A stretch of 63,815 nucleotides of DNA, counting the filler, from Octopus bimaculoides (lineage: Eukaryota): assembly GCF_001194135.2 (NCBI RefSeq). It is 4 parts of 4 records of this genome, joined end to end, with 100 filler letters (N's around TTAATTAATTAA, not from the genome) between each part and the next. Parts side by side here need not be neighbours in the genome. Positions count along the whole stretch, not along the records: positions 33,637 to 60,720 come from NC_068996.1; positions 60,821 to 63,815 come from NC_068986.1; 2 more parts are not named here. One strand, written 5' to 3'. Shown one piece after another: positions 48,434 to 60,845 of the stretch; positions within the stretch are counted from its first letter, which is position 1, and each line of letters opens with the position of its first letter. The position numbers and the translations under genes are program-made. Under the pieces are notes generated by a model. It saw only the letters and a program-made list of their open reading frames with translations. It had not been told where the DNA came from and did not search any database.

Positions 48434-49685
48434 CACAAAGTACTCAAATGCATTCAAGGAATCGGTGATCTGTGAATCACTGTGCTTGTTAGTTAGTCAC
48501 AAGCAATGGCATGCTTTTCCGTTTTTTGTGTGTCAGATTGGAATCTGCCATGTTGATACTTTTGAAACATTTGTGATTGAGAAATGTGAAAATTGAAATA
48601 AGACCCTGATATAAGCTAGATATAAACTGATCGATGTAAACAGTGGAATCACTAGATTAAAGGTTCTCATCATTGGCTGAAATAAGTTTGTCTTTGGGGC
48701 AAAATGGTTGGCTTAGTCTAGGTTTGAGCTTGGTTGTTGTTGTTAAGCACACCTAGATGTACATGAACGATATTGTAAGCTTTCTAAGCATAAGATAAAT
48801 ATTTGAGAAAATTGTTTCCACACATGTAACACTTAGCATAGAACTGAACGCTACGTATGGTAGGATGTGTTAAGCATTAGTATACACAGCGACAACTGAA
48901 CACAAATGGGAAAAGAGAAAGAAAATGAGAGAGAAAGAAAGAGAAAGAGAGGCCCAGATAATTAATATGTTCTTAACTTTCTAAACAAACAGGATGAAAA
49001 CTATTGAAATTCAAGGTTGGGTTTCACTGGCAAGACAATACAAACAACATAGACTGCACTGCAATGGTGTCTTACTTGAGTGCTCTGATAATACATCATA
49101 GTCGCAAGATTTGAGAGATACATCTGCCTCTAATGAATGGAAAGTTTAGCAGCTTATAAATGTATTGATGGTTATGATGATAAACAAACTGTGTGTGTGT
49201 GTGTGTGATAAAGAGGACGATTTTTTTTTTTAATCATTGACATGTTTTGTTACTCCTACTACTACTGTTGCTTTTGAGTTAGCAGGGCAGTCCACTTTTA
49301 TGTTTTCCTTTTTCTTTTCCTCCCTTTTTCTCAAGAACAAAGTAATTTTTCTTGTTCAGCGTAAAGCAGGTGTTTTTCAGTCACTATACTGCAAGCTCTC
49401 TCTTGTGTTGCAATATTATGAGTTAAGTCAGGAAATACCCAGGATATTTTTCAAAACTCATTGCAAGGTATCCGTGCATTTATTTTTCGTTGCCACAAAA
49501 GAGCAGTGCTTGTACCTATCTATTTCAAAATGGTTTTAGTAATTTAAAATGGGTTTCTTGTTCAACAAAACTGTAGAAGATGATATTTTGTCTTAACACT
49601 TTTAGCACCTAATTCAGTGTGCTGCAGATTACAAAAGTGTTCAAGACTTATTGCAAAACTTAAAGGAAAATTTCCTTAACAATAA

Positions 49686-50094
49686 GCGCAGGAGTGGCGG
49701 TGTGGTAAGTAGCTTGCTTACCAACCACATGGTTCCAGGTTCATTCCCACTGTATGGCATCTTGGGCAAGTGTCTTCTACTAATAGCCTCGGGCTGACCA
49801 AAGCCTTGTGAGTGGATTTGGTAGACGGAAACTGAAAGAAGACCGTCATATATATGTATATATATATATATGTATGCGTGTGTATATGTTTGTGTGTCTG
49901 TGTTTGTCTCCCCCAACATCGCTTGACAACCGATGGTGGTGTGTTAACATCCCCGTAACTTAGCGGTTCAGCAAAAAAGACTGATAGAATAAGTACTAGG
50001 CTTACAAAGAATAAGTCCTGGGGTTGATTTGCTCGACTAAAAGGCGGTGTTCCAGCATGGCTGCAGTCAAATGACTGAAACAAGTAAAAGAGTA
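49686..50094 (+). mobile_element. SINE family B, full length, tail B1
   Basis: Near-identical to 23909-24320. Confidence 0.93.
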
Positions 50095-50141
50095 AGCAAA
50101 AACATAACTAGTTTTGGGTGAACTTCTTTAGAAAGATAGGT

Positions 50142-50249
50142 GGTATCCCATCTAATGTGACTCTACTCAGTAGAGGCTGTAGTATCATTTGACAGGTATC
50201 CCATCTAATGTGACTCTACTCAGTAGAGGCTGTAGTATCATTTGACAGG
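50142..50249 (+). repeat. 53-bp perfect tandem duplication
   Basis: Units start at 50142 and 50195. Confidence 0.95.
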
Positions 50250-50548
50250 AACACGGTATAAAGAATATATATATACAAGACTGTGACTTTATATATCTTT
50301 AATGCCGGCCACACGTATATGTACACAAGCTGAATGATAAATGGAAGTGGTTAATGGACATTTATTCATATATCTACATGCATCTGCATAGGTTGTATGT
50401 TTGCTGTTAACACTGGTGAGGAGCTCACGAACAGCGGTATGTTAGAACCAGTGCAGTGTTGTTGGTGCTGTGTAAAGATGTCGCTGACGACATTGGTGAG
50501 AGACATGATGGTGGCGACGAAGATGGAGGTCGCTGTAACCTGGACAGT

Positions 50549-50740
50549 GGTTAGACCTTAGAAGGTCTGAAACCAACAGACTCCGAGACTAGGAGGAGGT
50601 GAGTTTTTATAGCTAACGTTAGGCTTAAATGTAGTTTAGAACAGACTGTCTCACGTGATTTATTTGGAGGCTGTGATTGGTTAGGTTGCATATTGGCACA
50701 TGATAAGGTAAAAGACAAATTGCACCAATACCAACCAATC
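50549..50740 (-). promoter_or_regulatory. Putative Pol II core promoter cluster (4 CCAAT, E-box, TATA), possibly LTR-derived
   Basis: CCAAT motifs at 50676, 50692 (minus) and 50725, 50735 (plus). TCACGTGA at 50651-58. Minus-strand CTATAAAAA at 50604-12. Confidence 0.4.
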
Positions 50741-51339
50741 AGAGTGGTAGACACAACGGGGTCCAAAACAGCACCCAAAGGTTAGGTGTTACCTGCTACG
50801 TTCGTATGTATGTATGTATTATAGAGAGAGGAAGTTCACTAGAGTTTGCTATACTTTCCTGGCCACAAACATTTCAGTAACATCTATATTTTCATAATTT
50901 CGACTTTTTTTCTTGCACGGAATAACTGCATTTCTTTATTGCAGTGGTTCTCAGCGATTTTTTTGCATATGGGCCTCTTTGATTCCTATTTTAGTGAACT
51001 GGACTCCCATTACAATTCTATGTTTAAAACAATCCTATTATATTATCATAATTGAATATTATTAGAAATTGTATATAAAACAAAAATTGCTATAATGTTT
51101 TGTGTAATGTAGCATTATAACTGATTTGTCACACACAAATTTTAACAACAAAATCTGATTATGGGCTCTGATTGGCAACCATTGTTTTATCGTAATTGTA
51201 AAGTAGTAGCAGTAGCACAAGTAGTATCCACTTATTTTTGGCAAGTGTTTTGTGTTTATATTGGTCTACCTGTTTGCAAAGTTCAGGTATGGATAACAAT
51301 ATTTGCTCATTCTTATCAATGTAAAGAAGTATGTAAATC

Positions 51340-51528
51340 ACTGTGTGTGTGTGTGTGTGTGTGTGCTAAATGTAGGTTTGCACTCACACACAGACAGACA
51401 GACACACACACACTCACATGCCCCAGTGTTTATGTTAAGTATTTCTGGTTTGTCACACATTTTAATTTCCTAGATAAAACTAAACAAGGGTGTGTATGTG
51501 TGTGTGTGTGTGTGTGTTTGTATATATA

Positions 51529-51559
<31 letters not shown>

Positions 51560-52010
51560 GAGTGTGTATGTATGTATGTATATGTGTGTGTATGTATATA
51601 TATGTGTATGTGTGTGTATACATATGTATATGTGTGCTTGTGTATATATATGTATATGCGTGCATGTGTATATATATATGTATATGTGTATGTATATGTG
51701 TGCTTGTGTATATATGTGTGTGTGTATATATGTGTATATATGTATATATATGTGTGTGTGTGTGTATATATATATGTATATATATGTATATATGTGTGTG
51801 TATATATTTGTGTGTATGTATATGCGTATGTCCATGTGTGTGTACATAAACATATATGTGTGCATATGTGTATTGTGTACATATACATATATATGTATGT
51901 GTGTGTATATGTATATATATGTGTCTGTGTATGTATATGTATATATGTGTGTATATATGTATGTGTGTATGTATTTGTGTGTGTATGTATATGTGTGTGT
52001 GTATATGTAT
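51340..52010 (+). repeat. Long compound (TG)/(TA) microsatellite
   Basis: Directly visible. Similar fields at ~10000-10575, 20020-20130, 22950-23130, 32030-32330, 43260-43590. Confidence 0.95.
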
Positions 52011-52011
52011 A

Positions 52012-52185
52012 CTGTGCTGGTGGCCTGTAAAAAGCTCCCACTGTACTCACGGAGTGGCTGGTGTTAGGAAGGGCATCCAGCTGTAGAAACTCTCCCAAAT
52101 CAAATTGGAGCCTGGTGCAGTCGCTGGCTCTCCAGACCTCAGTCAAACCGTCCAACCCATGCCAGCATGGAAAAACGATGATGAT
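52012..52185 (+). mobile_element. SINE family E, 5'-truncated
   Basis: GTTAGGAAGGGCATCCAGCTGTAGAAAC...CCAACCCATGCCAGCATGGAAA. Confidence 0.88.
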
Positions 52186-52479
52186 GTGTGTGTGTATATA
52201 TGTATGTATGTGCGCATATGCATATGTGTGTGTGTATATATGTGTGTGTATGTATGTGCAAACATGTGTGCATGTGTATGCACATATATGTATATATTTG
52301 TGTGTATGTGTATGTACATAGAATGATGTCTTGCTGCTTTCTGTAACCACCAACATGCATTTATGATGCATGATCCAGCATGTGGTGCGTCTTTTATGTT
52401 TCCAAGACTAAAATTCCAGTCATCAAAATATCTCTAAGTATAAGTTTTAAACTCTGAATTTATCCTTATGTATGTATTC

Positions 52480-53112
52480 TTTTATTATTGTACTTGTTTC
52501 AGTCATTTGACTGTGGCCATACTGGAGCAGTGCTTTTAGTTAAATAAATTGACCCCAGGACTTATTCTTTGTAAGCCTAGTACTTATTCTGTTGGTCTCT
52601 TTTGTCAAACCGCTAAGTTTCGGAGACGTCAACACACCAACATCGGTTGTCAAGTGATGGAGTGAGGAGAAACATACACACACACACACACATATATATG
52701 ACAAGCTTCTCTCAGTTTCCTATTTCTTTATTGCCCACAGGGGGCTAAACATAGAGGGGACTAACAAGGACAAACAAAGGTGTTAAGACAATTACATCGA
52801 CCCCAGTGTGTAACTGGTATTTAATTCATCGACCCTGAAAAGATGAAAGGCAAAGTCGACCTCGGCAGAATTTGAACTCACAACGTAACGGCAGAGGAAA
52901 TACTGCTAAGCATTTCGCCCGGCGTGCTAATGATTCTGCCAACTCACTGCCTTTATCTTTAAGCTTTTCTCAGTTTCCGTCTACCAGATCCACTCACAAG
53001 GCTTTGGTCGACCCGAGGCTATAGTAGATGACACTTGCCGAAGGTGCCACTCAGTGGGACTGAACCCGGGACCATGTGGTTGGGAAGCGAGCTACTTACC
53101 ACACAGCCAGGC
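52480..53112 (-). mobile_element. SINE family B (B1 tail), full length, carrying a nested A2 SINE
   Basis: Tail 52480-52720, head 52961-53112. Confidence 0.9.
52721..52951 (-). mobile_element. SINE family A2 nested in SINE B, 18-bp TSD (1 mismatch)
   Basis: AAGCTTCTCTCAGTTTCC at 52703-52720, AAGCTTTTCTCAGTTTCC at 52961-52978. Confidence 0.92.
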
Positions 53113-53224
53113 CTGTATGTATGTTATATTCATACTTTGTTTGAAGAAGAGGTGGAATTGATGAGAGCATAAAGTTTCTTTGTAAAAACTCTTGAAGTCT
53201 TTATTTGGAAAGTTTATCCGTATA

Positions 53225-53590
53225 GGTGCAGCTGTGGTTATATAATAAGTGGTTTGCTTCGCAACCAATTTGTTCTGTGTTCAGTCTCTCTGTATGGCAA
53301 CTTAGGCAGCTAAAGTCTTGCAAATAAATGAGTGGATTTGGTTGGAGGAAACTGAAAGAAGCTCGTGTGTGTGTGTGTGTTTGTGTCTCTTTGTCTTGAC
53401 ATCGTATGATAGATGTAAAGTGATTGTGAGTCATACAAGAAGTGTAATTCATTTCCAATATCCTACTAGAACATGTCTGGCCGTCAGGAGGGTTTGTAAC
53501 AGGTGAGGCATCTGACTGTAGAAAATTTGCCTAAACTCCATCCAACCCATGCAGGCATGGAAAAGTAGATGTTAAAATGATGATAACAAT
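53225..53590 (+). mobile_element. SINE B head with RTE-type tail (B2)
   Basis: B-like head and GAGTGGATTTGG..GGAAACTGAAAGAAGC, then tail ending CCAACCCATGCAGGCATGGAAAAG..GTTAAAATGATGA. Confidence 0.75.
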
Positions 53591-53655
53591 AACGGCAGCA
53601 ATGGCAACAACAATGATGCACTGTAGGTGTTCATTTTATTCCGGGCACCTAAATT

Positions 53656-53740
53656 CTACATTGCCTCAGTCCATCCATCTACTCAGCTGTCCAGAGTGTT
53701 CTATATTGCCTCAGTCCATCCACTCAGCTGTCCAGAGTGA
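53656..53740 (+). repeat. ~44-bp tandem duplication
   Basis: ATTGCCTCAGTCCATCC...ACTCAGCTGTCCAGAGTG twice. Confidence 0.88.
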
Positions 53741-54903
53741 CTACCAAACTGTCTGTGAATAGTTGCTGTGATAAATTGGTGTTTCCTCTTGGAAGAGATT
53801 TCTCTCTAATTTGGTTAATATTATAAAGTTGTGGCTGACTGAACACTAGTCATTGAGAGACAGCCTTACACTCTGAGAAAGTATGCTGTTTGATGCCCAC
53901 CTTCCCTGTTAAAATACATTCGTCTCAACCATAACCCCCTTCCATCACCTCTACATTTGGTTTACTACTTAATCAAAACCTAACTTCTTCACTTACTCTT
54001 AACAGTTACATATTTAAAAATGATGTAAACTTGGTGTTATATCTCATATCAAAAGCCTAGGATAGCAACCGCCCTCACCCTTCCAACACACACTGAGACA
54101 TATGTTTCTGGTTTGCTTTCAATGACATAAACACAAGTCCAAAATATCTATTATCATGTATGTAATTTATAACCGGTGCTGGCCATTTGCAACAGCTGTT
54201 CACTCTATATTCCAAAAGACTTGTGTCCTGTCATTGGATATAAAGAGTAATTTAGAAGTCCTTTCAGCATTTAAATGACATAATTTTGCAGTTGATTTTT
54301 GTTTTTTATGCTTATTGTAGCAACAACATATTTTTGATTTTTTAGTACTATTTCTGCTGTTTTTTTGTGAATAGCTTTTAATGTTGTTGTTTTTAATGTA
54401 TTTTAGAAAACTGTCATAATAAAAAAAAACTGAGAAAACAGTCATTGTCCTATAAAAAATAAAAATAGATATGACACAATATGATATTGATTCTGTTCTA
54501 TTGTCCCATGCATACCTACTTCAACTGCCCACCAGGGTAGTTCAAGCAGCTGGTAGTATAAACAGCAGGACACCATAGACCCAACTATCTTGGAATACCT
54601 AAGTTGTGACTGCCAGTGGGAAGGGATTGAAGTTGAAAGGATGTGGATGGTGAATGCAGACAAACAGCTGTGGGTGTGATGGTGGATAGAAGGAAGGAAG
54701 GAAGGAAGGAGGGAGGGAGAAAAGCATAGAGAAAGACACACCAGTGTTACATTAAGAAACTCTACTAACCTTGATTGTTGACTGATTTGTGTTAGTGCTA
54801 AAGAGACTTTGTTCAGATTAGTCATCAATTTTACAAGTGGCATTGTGCAATAAATCAATAGGTTTTAATCATAACCTATTAAAAACAGAATTTACTGCTT
54901 TAA

Positions 54904-55363
54904 CCCTTTAACACACAGATTATTCTGTCAAATGTAATGCTTATTTATTGATATTGTTTTGAATTAATCATTCGTTATCTTGTAGCTTTGAGATTTCGAT
55001 GATGTGATTGTTTACGTTTTTAGAACATTGTATGGGAGGTGTGACAGGCTGCATCTGGACTGTTCAAACATAAAGCAAGGTACAACATTTGAGCCTGATA
55101 TGGCTGGCTTAACTTTTAAGCATTTAAACTGACCATATCTGGCCAAAATATTTTACCTGTTTTATTATCAAACTAGCCAAATCCAGATAATACAATTATC
55201 AAACTACCCAAATCCAGCTGCTCACACCTACCCTACAATATCATTCTGAAAGTATACAATCACATGCTTGAAAACTCAAAGCTATAAGATAATGCATGAT
55301 TGATTGAAAACAATTTGAACAAACAAGAATTACATTTGACAGAATAATTTGAATGCTAAAGGG
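54904..55363. mobile_element. piggyBac-like MITE family G inverted dyad
   Basis: Minus copy 54904-55108 and plus copy 55113-55363 meet at TTAA 55109-12. Outer ends TTAA|CCCTTT and AAAGGG|TTTAA. Confidence 0.82.
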
Positions 55364-55475
55364 TTTAATATTCAACCAGTTTTAAAATTCACTCTAACCT
55401 ATTCTGCTATTCTTTTAATGAGGAATATAATAAAGGATACCAACAGAACAGTAAATCAACAGAATTTGTTTGTTT

Positions 55476-55851
55476 ATTACCTCTGCCTTAGCGAAGGTGG
55501 AGGTATTGTTTTCAGTTGTGTTTGTTTGTTTGTTTGTGCATAGACAAGATATCTCAAGAACTGCTGGATGGATTCAGATGAAGCATACAGAGATGTTTGG
55601 CCTCGTGACTGGCACAGACCAATTAGATTTTGGGACTGATCCAGTACCAGACAAGGATTCTGGATTATTTCCCTATTTTTTTTTTATTACTTAATTTTTG
55701 AGAGTGTTTGGGTTCATTTTTAGTATTCTCGTTTGTGAGAGCAGTTGAGTTTATTTCAGTTATTCGCATTTTAAAAATCATCTCTGGCTAATTGTTGAGA
55801 GGACGTTGGTGTTGCTTTGGCAGAGGTTTGTGCACTCTGAGTGATCTTGTT
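55476..55851 (+). mobile_element. Helentron-associated non-autonomous element (HINE/DINE-1-like)
   Basis: 5' subTIR ACCTCTGCC (55479-87) with nearby IR GGTGGAGGT, (TTTG)n tract, 3' subTIR GGCAGAGGT (55819-27), terminal hairpin CACTC-T-GAGTG, T-rich flanks. Confidence 0.8.
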
Positions 55852-56159
55852 ATTCTTTTATTCTTTTACTTGTTTCAGTCACTTGACTGTGGCCATGCTG
55901 GAATGCCACATTGAAGCGCCTAAATTATACCTAGTATTCCTGTATGCATATATATATATATANNNNNNNNNNNNNNNNNNNNNNNNNNNNNNNNNNNNNN
56001 NNNNNNNNNNNNNNNNNNNNNNNNNNNNNNNNNNNNNNNNNNNNNNNNNNNNNNNNNNNNNNNNNNNNNNNNNNNNNNNNNNNNNNNNNNNNNNNNNNNN
56101 NNNNNNNNNNNNNNNNNNNNNNNNNNNNNNNNNNNNNNNNNNATTTATTAGCGAAGTCT

Positions 56160-56239
56160 CATATAAAATTATTATTTTTTTTTTAATCTTGAAATTAAAT
56201 GGTTTTGATTTACTGTCAGGTGACTTTTGGCCAACCCTG
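56160..56239. mobile_element. Tc1/mariner-like terminal repeat fragment
   Basis: GGTGACTTTTGGCCAACCCTG|TA. Remainder lost in the adjacent gap. Confidence 0.4.
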
Positions 56240-56254
56240 TATATTGTTCAAATT

Positions 56255-56372
56255 TATAGAAAACAAAAGATGAAAACAGGTGAGGGAACAACAAGCAGGT
56301 GTATTCGTTTAATGCTCAGGAAGAATGGAAAAGTCTTTGACGTTTTGAGCCTACACTCTTTGACAAAAAGGA
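56255..56372 (-). mobile_element. Penelope-like short repeat with decayed hammerhead motif
   Basis: Reverse strand ...GAGT-GTAG-GCTC-AAAA-CGTC-AAAGAC. Homologous to 22550-22670. Confidence 0.65.
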
Positions 56373-56473
56373 TTGAGCGAGGAAAAAATGGAAAAAAATG
56401 AGAAAAAAAAAAACGGAGAGAGAGAAAAAATGTGTAGGGATTAACTGTTCAACACACACACACACACACACAC

Positions 56474-57186
56474 AAGACATTAAAAATAAGAATGGAGAAT
56501 TATTCATTCTCAAAAGCTTGTTTATTACAGTATTATACACAATACATCCATGTTAAATCTATGTCCAATACGTGTTTCTACTGCAAAAATATAAGATGTT
56601 GCATCCTGTTGGTTCAAATGCATTATTAGTTCATCCAAGATATACGTATCCATGCAGCCTTATTCAAAGTCTTAGTACTACAGATTTTTGAAGCAAACTG
56701 AAGAGTTCGGTTTTTAATAGTCTTGTATAATTTAGGTGGGGGATATGTGTGGTTTGTGTAGAAGATAGCAGAGGTCATTGTGAAAGACAATAGGGCAATA
56801 AAGTTTGTTATCACTTAAACCTAGTGTGATCCTTAGAGTGCCATATCATATTTCACAACAATCTTTGCCATCTTCTACCTTAACTGCACATATATACCCC
56901 ACACCTAAATTATACCTACAATAAAACCACCAAATACTAAAATATCCAGTTTGCTTCAAATACCCATAGTTGTAACATCTTGAATAAAGCTGCATGGATA
57001 CATGTACCCTGGATGAACTTATAATGCATTTGAGCCAACAGGGTGCAAATGGATGCCTCAACTTAGGATATCTATGCAGTAGAAACACGTGTCAGACAGA
57101 GATTTAAAGCAAATGTATTGTGTATGAAACTGTAATAAACGAGCTTTTGAGGATGTATGATTCTCCATTCTTATTTCTAATGTCTT
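56474..57186. repeat. 713-bp imperfect palindrome (foldback element)
   Basis: Outer 74 bp show 67/74 inverted identity. Pairing continues by eye to ~56797 / ~56838. Confidence 0.88.
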
Positions 57187-57324
57187 TAATATACACACTG
57201 TTTACCGTATAAAATTCAAAGAAGCAAACTCAAGGTTTACCGTTTGGGTGAATTACCACGTACTTGTTTACCTTAAACAATTTCCTGTTGTTTTACATCA
57301 TTCGGTGTGGTTAACCAGAACCTT

Positions 57325-58196
57325 GTGGTATCAAAACGTTCCTGGAGTATTAGTGTGACAACAGGTGCCAGCACATGATTACGTGCACTGTGAGAGCTAG
57401 CAGTGACCTTCATGAGGCAGCATGCCAAATGACATCACTGTGTTTACATTGCAAGTTGTGAAATTTGTGTTTTTGTGATCACGTGTATACTGTGTTTGTC
57501 TGTGATTTTGTCATGGACAGGAACAAAGAGTCAATGTGAAATCTTGCAGTAAACTTGGGAAGTCTACTACAGAGACATTGAGCATGCTTTGGCAAGCTTA
57601 CAGCGATGGGGCAGTGGGTTATATATGCCATGTTTCAAGAGGCATGGGTACTTCAAAAGTGGAAGAGTCCTTGGAAGACGGTGAGTGATCTGGAAGTCCT
57701 GTCATAAGCTTCACTCCCTGGAAATGTGGTAATGTACATCACAAGTTCATTCCCCGGGATCAGACTATGAATTGAGAGTTCTTCTGTGATATTTTGAAGC
57801 GTTTGAGGGAGGACATTCAGTGAAAGTGACCGGATCAATGGAGCGTGAAAAACTGGATTCTTCATGAAGACAATGCTCTTCTCACTCATAATATCCCTTC
57901 CACACCCACCCTATTCACCATATTTAACACCTGTGGATTTCAATCTCTTCCCCAAAATGAAAATGCAACTCAAAGGTTGTTGTTTTAACAGTGTTGTTGA
58001 GATCCAGAGCGAATTGCCTCAACTTGCTAACAGAAGACAACTTCCAGGCTGGATTCCAAAAATGGTAGGAACCCTTGCTGCACAAGGTGACTGTTTCGAA
58101 GGAGATGATGTTAAAACTTAGGTAAATAAGCTTTTTTAAATTTTTTTATTTTTTTTATCAAACATAATAACTAGTCTGGGAATTTTTTGATACCAC
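57325..58196 (+). mobile_element. mariner (DD34D-type) transposon, internally deleted, both TIRs
   Basis: TIRs GTGGTATCAAAACGTTCCTGGA and CTGGGAATTTTTTGATACCAC. Residues KLGKSTTETLSML, HHKFIPRDQT, NWILHEDNA, LPHPPYSPYLTPVDFNLFPKMK, AQGDCFEGD. Confidence 0.92.
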
Positions 58197-58832
58197 CTCA
58201 AAGAGTGCTTGTAAGGTACCTACCCAGATACCAAATTCTTGTCCCTTTGTTACACACACACACACACACAAGATGTGTTTGTCCCACTACTACGACTACT
58301 ACTACTACTACTATTACTTAACAACTGGTGCTGGTTTATTTATGTCACTGTAACTTAGTGTACTGGAGTTGATCTGTTAATCTTAAACCCTTCAAGCATG
58401 GCCATAGTCCATTAACTGAAACGAGTAAAAGATAAAAGAAGATAATCTATTTAAAAGAGATGTTGTTTGCTTTCATACTGGTACAGTCCCAGAAGATGAA
58501 AGGGACATAACTGTATCACAGTTAAGAAGCTCTTGTAACATTTTCCCTTTCTATTTAGTAAATGGTTACTACATGTATATACTTTAAAGTGATTTCTTTT
58601 GTGCTGTAAACCATTTACCATTTCTCTGATGTCCAGCCACCTTCCTTGGTGTCCTAAATACTTGCTTATTTTGCTTAATGATTAATCCAGCACTGAGTTG
58701 ACATGAGCTTAATTTGGATTAAATTCCTGAAGTTCTTCCAATTCCACTAACTGTTTGAATTACATACTTGGTATTGCAGACACATATCATACATTCTTTA
58801 TTCAATAGTTATTAAAAATGTTAAAATATTAA

Positions 58833-59031
58833 CGCTTTATCATTTAAACTGGCCATATCCGGCTTTAATATTTTTCTTGTTTCATACTCAAATCAGCCAG
58901 ATTTTGTTTCTCACACCTACCTCACAATGTCATCATCAAAATCTAGAAGCCACAAGATAATGCATAATTAATTTAAACGAGTGTGAATGAATAAGTATTA
59001 CATTTGAGAGAAAAACCTGAATGCTAAAGGG
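58833..59031 (+). mobile_element. piggyBac-like MITE family G
   Basis: TTAA at 58829-32 and 59032-35. Homologous to 55113-55363. Confidence 0.85.
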
Positions 59032-59724
59032 TTAAATCCATGGACTTTATTTTTATTCTAAGTAAGGAAAATGGACGGAGATGGTAAGCAACTAATGAGT
59101 TTTGAGTTGCTGAGTATTTTGTAATTGTGCTAAAATAGAGGGAGGAAGTAGGGGAGAGAGAGGGGGGAGAACACTGAATATGTGATCAGATGTATTTGCA
59201 TCTTGACTAGATGAATCCTCATTGATCAGTCAAATGAGTGGCTTCCAGATTGAGTCTAGGATGTTTGTAAGCAACAAGTGCCATCCCAGATTCCATCGTG
59301 CACCACATCAGGAAATTGTCATTAAACCTACTAGTTTTCAAGTTCACATTGATTATTAATTGGAGTAGTGATATTATGTGACTAATAGAAACAAAATCAT
59401 AAATACAACTTATTAAAATTACTATTTAACCACAATTTAAATATTCATATCTATCATTATATCATTTTGGGGCAGGCTGCCTGGATCAAAAACCACTATT
59501 TCCCTTCAAGTGTTCCTGTCTTATATGACATTTTTGAGATATCCCCTTTGTAACTCAACATCATGAAAGAGTTGACCAACATATATCAATCTAGGTTTGT
59601 CTGATGACATAAGAGACCCCAAAACTCATGAATCGCATAAGGATCTCTCATTTATTCATCTTCATTTTGATAACGGTCACCAGCAGTTCTTGTCTTCTGC
59701 TCTTGAATGACTGTTGACATTCTT

Positions 59725-59931
59725 TTACATATTTCAGTCATTTGACTATGACCGTGCTGGAGCACCGCCTCAAAGGGGGATTTTTTTTTTGCCAAAGAAA
59801 TTGACCCCAGGACTTATTTTTTGTAAGCCTAGTACTTATTCTGTTGGTTTTCTTTTGCCGAACTGCTAAGTCATGGGTACTTAAACACACCAGCATCGGT
59901 TGTCAAGTGATGGTGGGAGGGACAAACATTG

Positions 59932-59974
<43 letters not shown>

Positions 59975-60148
59975 TATATGCATATGTATATAGAGCTCTC
60001 TTCTTTCAGTTTCCGTCTACCAAATCCACTCACAAGGCTTTGGTTTGCCCAAGGCTGTAGTAGAAGACACTTGCCCAAGGTGTCACAAAATGGGACTGAA
60101 CCCAGAACCATGTAGTTGGGAAGCAAGCTTCTTACCACACAGCCACAC
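59725..60148 (-). mobile_element. SINE family B (B1 tail), full length
   Basis: Reverse complement of the 23909-24320 family. Confidence 0.9.
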
Positions 60149-60507
60149 CCCCGGGATATTTCCATAAAGCTCTTTGTCAGATGTTGCTTCCATGATTTGT
60201 ACACCATACTGTGCACATAATACTCCAAACAGCTTCTAAATTCTTGTTTACCTACAAAGTAGTGCACATTTGAGAATCTTTGAGGTTTAGTTAGAGTTAT
60301 AAGATGAAGGTGCCAAAGGGAATTAAGCGGTTTTAATTTAATTATTGATTTTATTTGTTTCCTGTTTACCTCTTTAGTTTGGATTAGCCTTGTGTTGTGA
60401 GTAGCTGAGATGCTTTCATCTCATTTCATCCACAATGAGCTAAATGCTTTGTACAAAATGCTATTCCCCTGCCATTTATAGAAGAGGCTCTAAGATTTTT
60501 GTGCCCG

Positions 60508-60549
<42 letters not shown>

Positions 60550-60574
60550 AAAAAAACCATAACAAAAAAACAAA

Positions 60575-60720
60575 AGAACAACAAAGTGAGGACGTGATAT
60601 GGATAGTATTATTGGATGCTCAGGAAAGGAAACAGAGAGTGTATGACGTTTCGGGCGTAGCCCTTCGTCGGAAAGATGGAAAGTTCGGAGAATGGAAGAA
60701 CGGAGAAAGAGGAAAATGGT
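60575..60720 (-). mobile_element. Penelope-like short repeat with hammerhead-like motif
   Basis: Reverse of 60644-60672 is TCCGACGA-A-GGGC-TAC-GCCC-GAAA-CGTCA (U4 to C change in the core). Confidence 0.65.
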
Positions 60721-60845
60721 NNNNNNNNNNNNNNNNNNNNNNNNNNNNNNNNNNNNNNNNNNNNTTAATTAATTAANNNNNNNNNNNNNNNNNNNNNNNN
60801 NNNNNNNNNNNNNNNNNNNNCACACACGCACACACACATATATAT

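Noticed and set aside
51161-52371. 289-313 aa Cys/Val/Tyr- or His/Thr-rich ORFs; also poly-I, poly-N and poly-H ORFs at 15716, 61236, 62958
   Set aside because: These are translations of di- and trinucleotide microsatellites.
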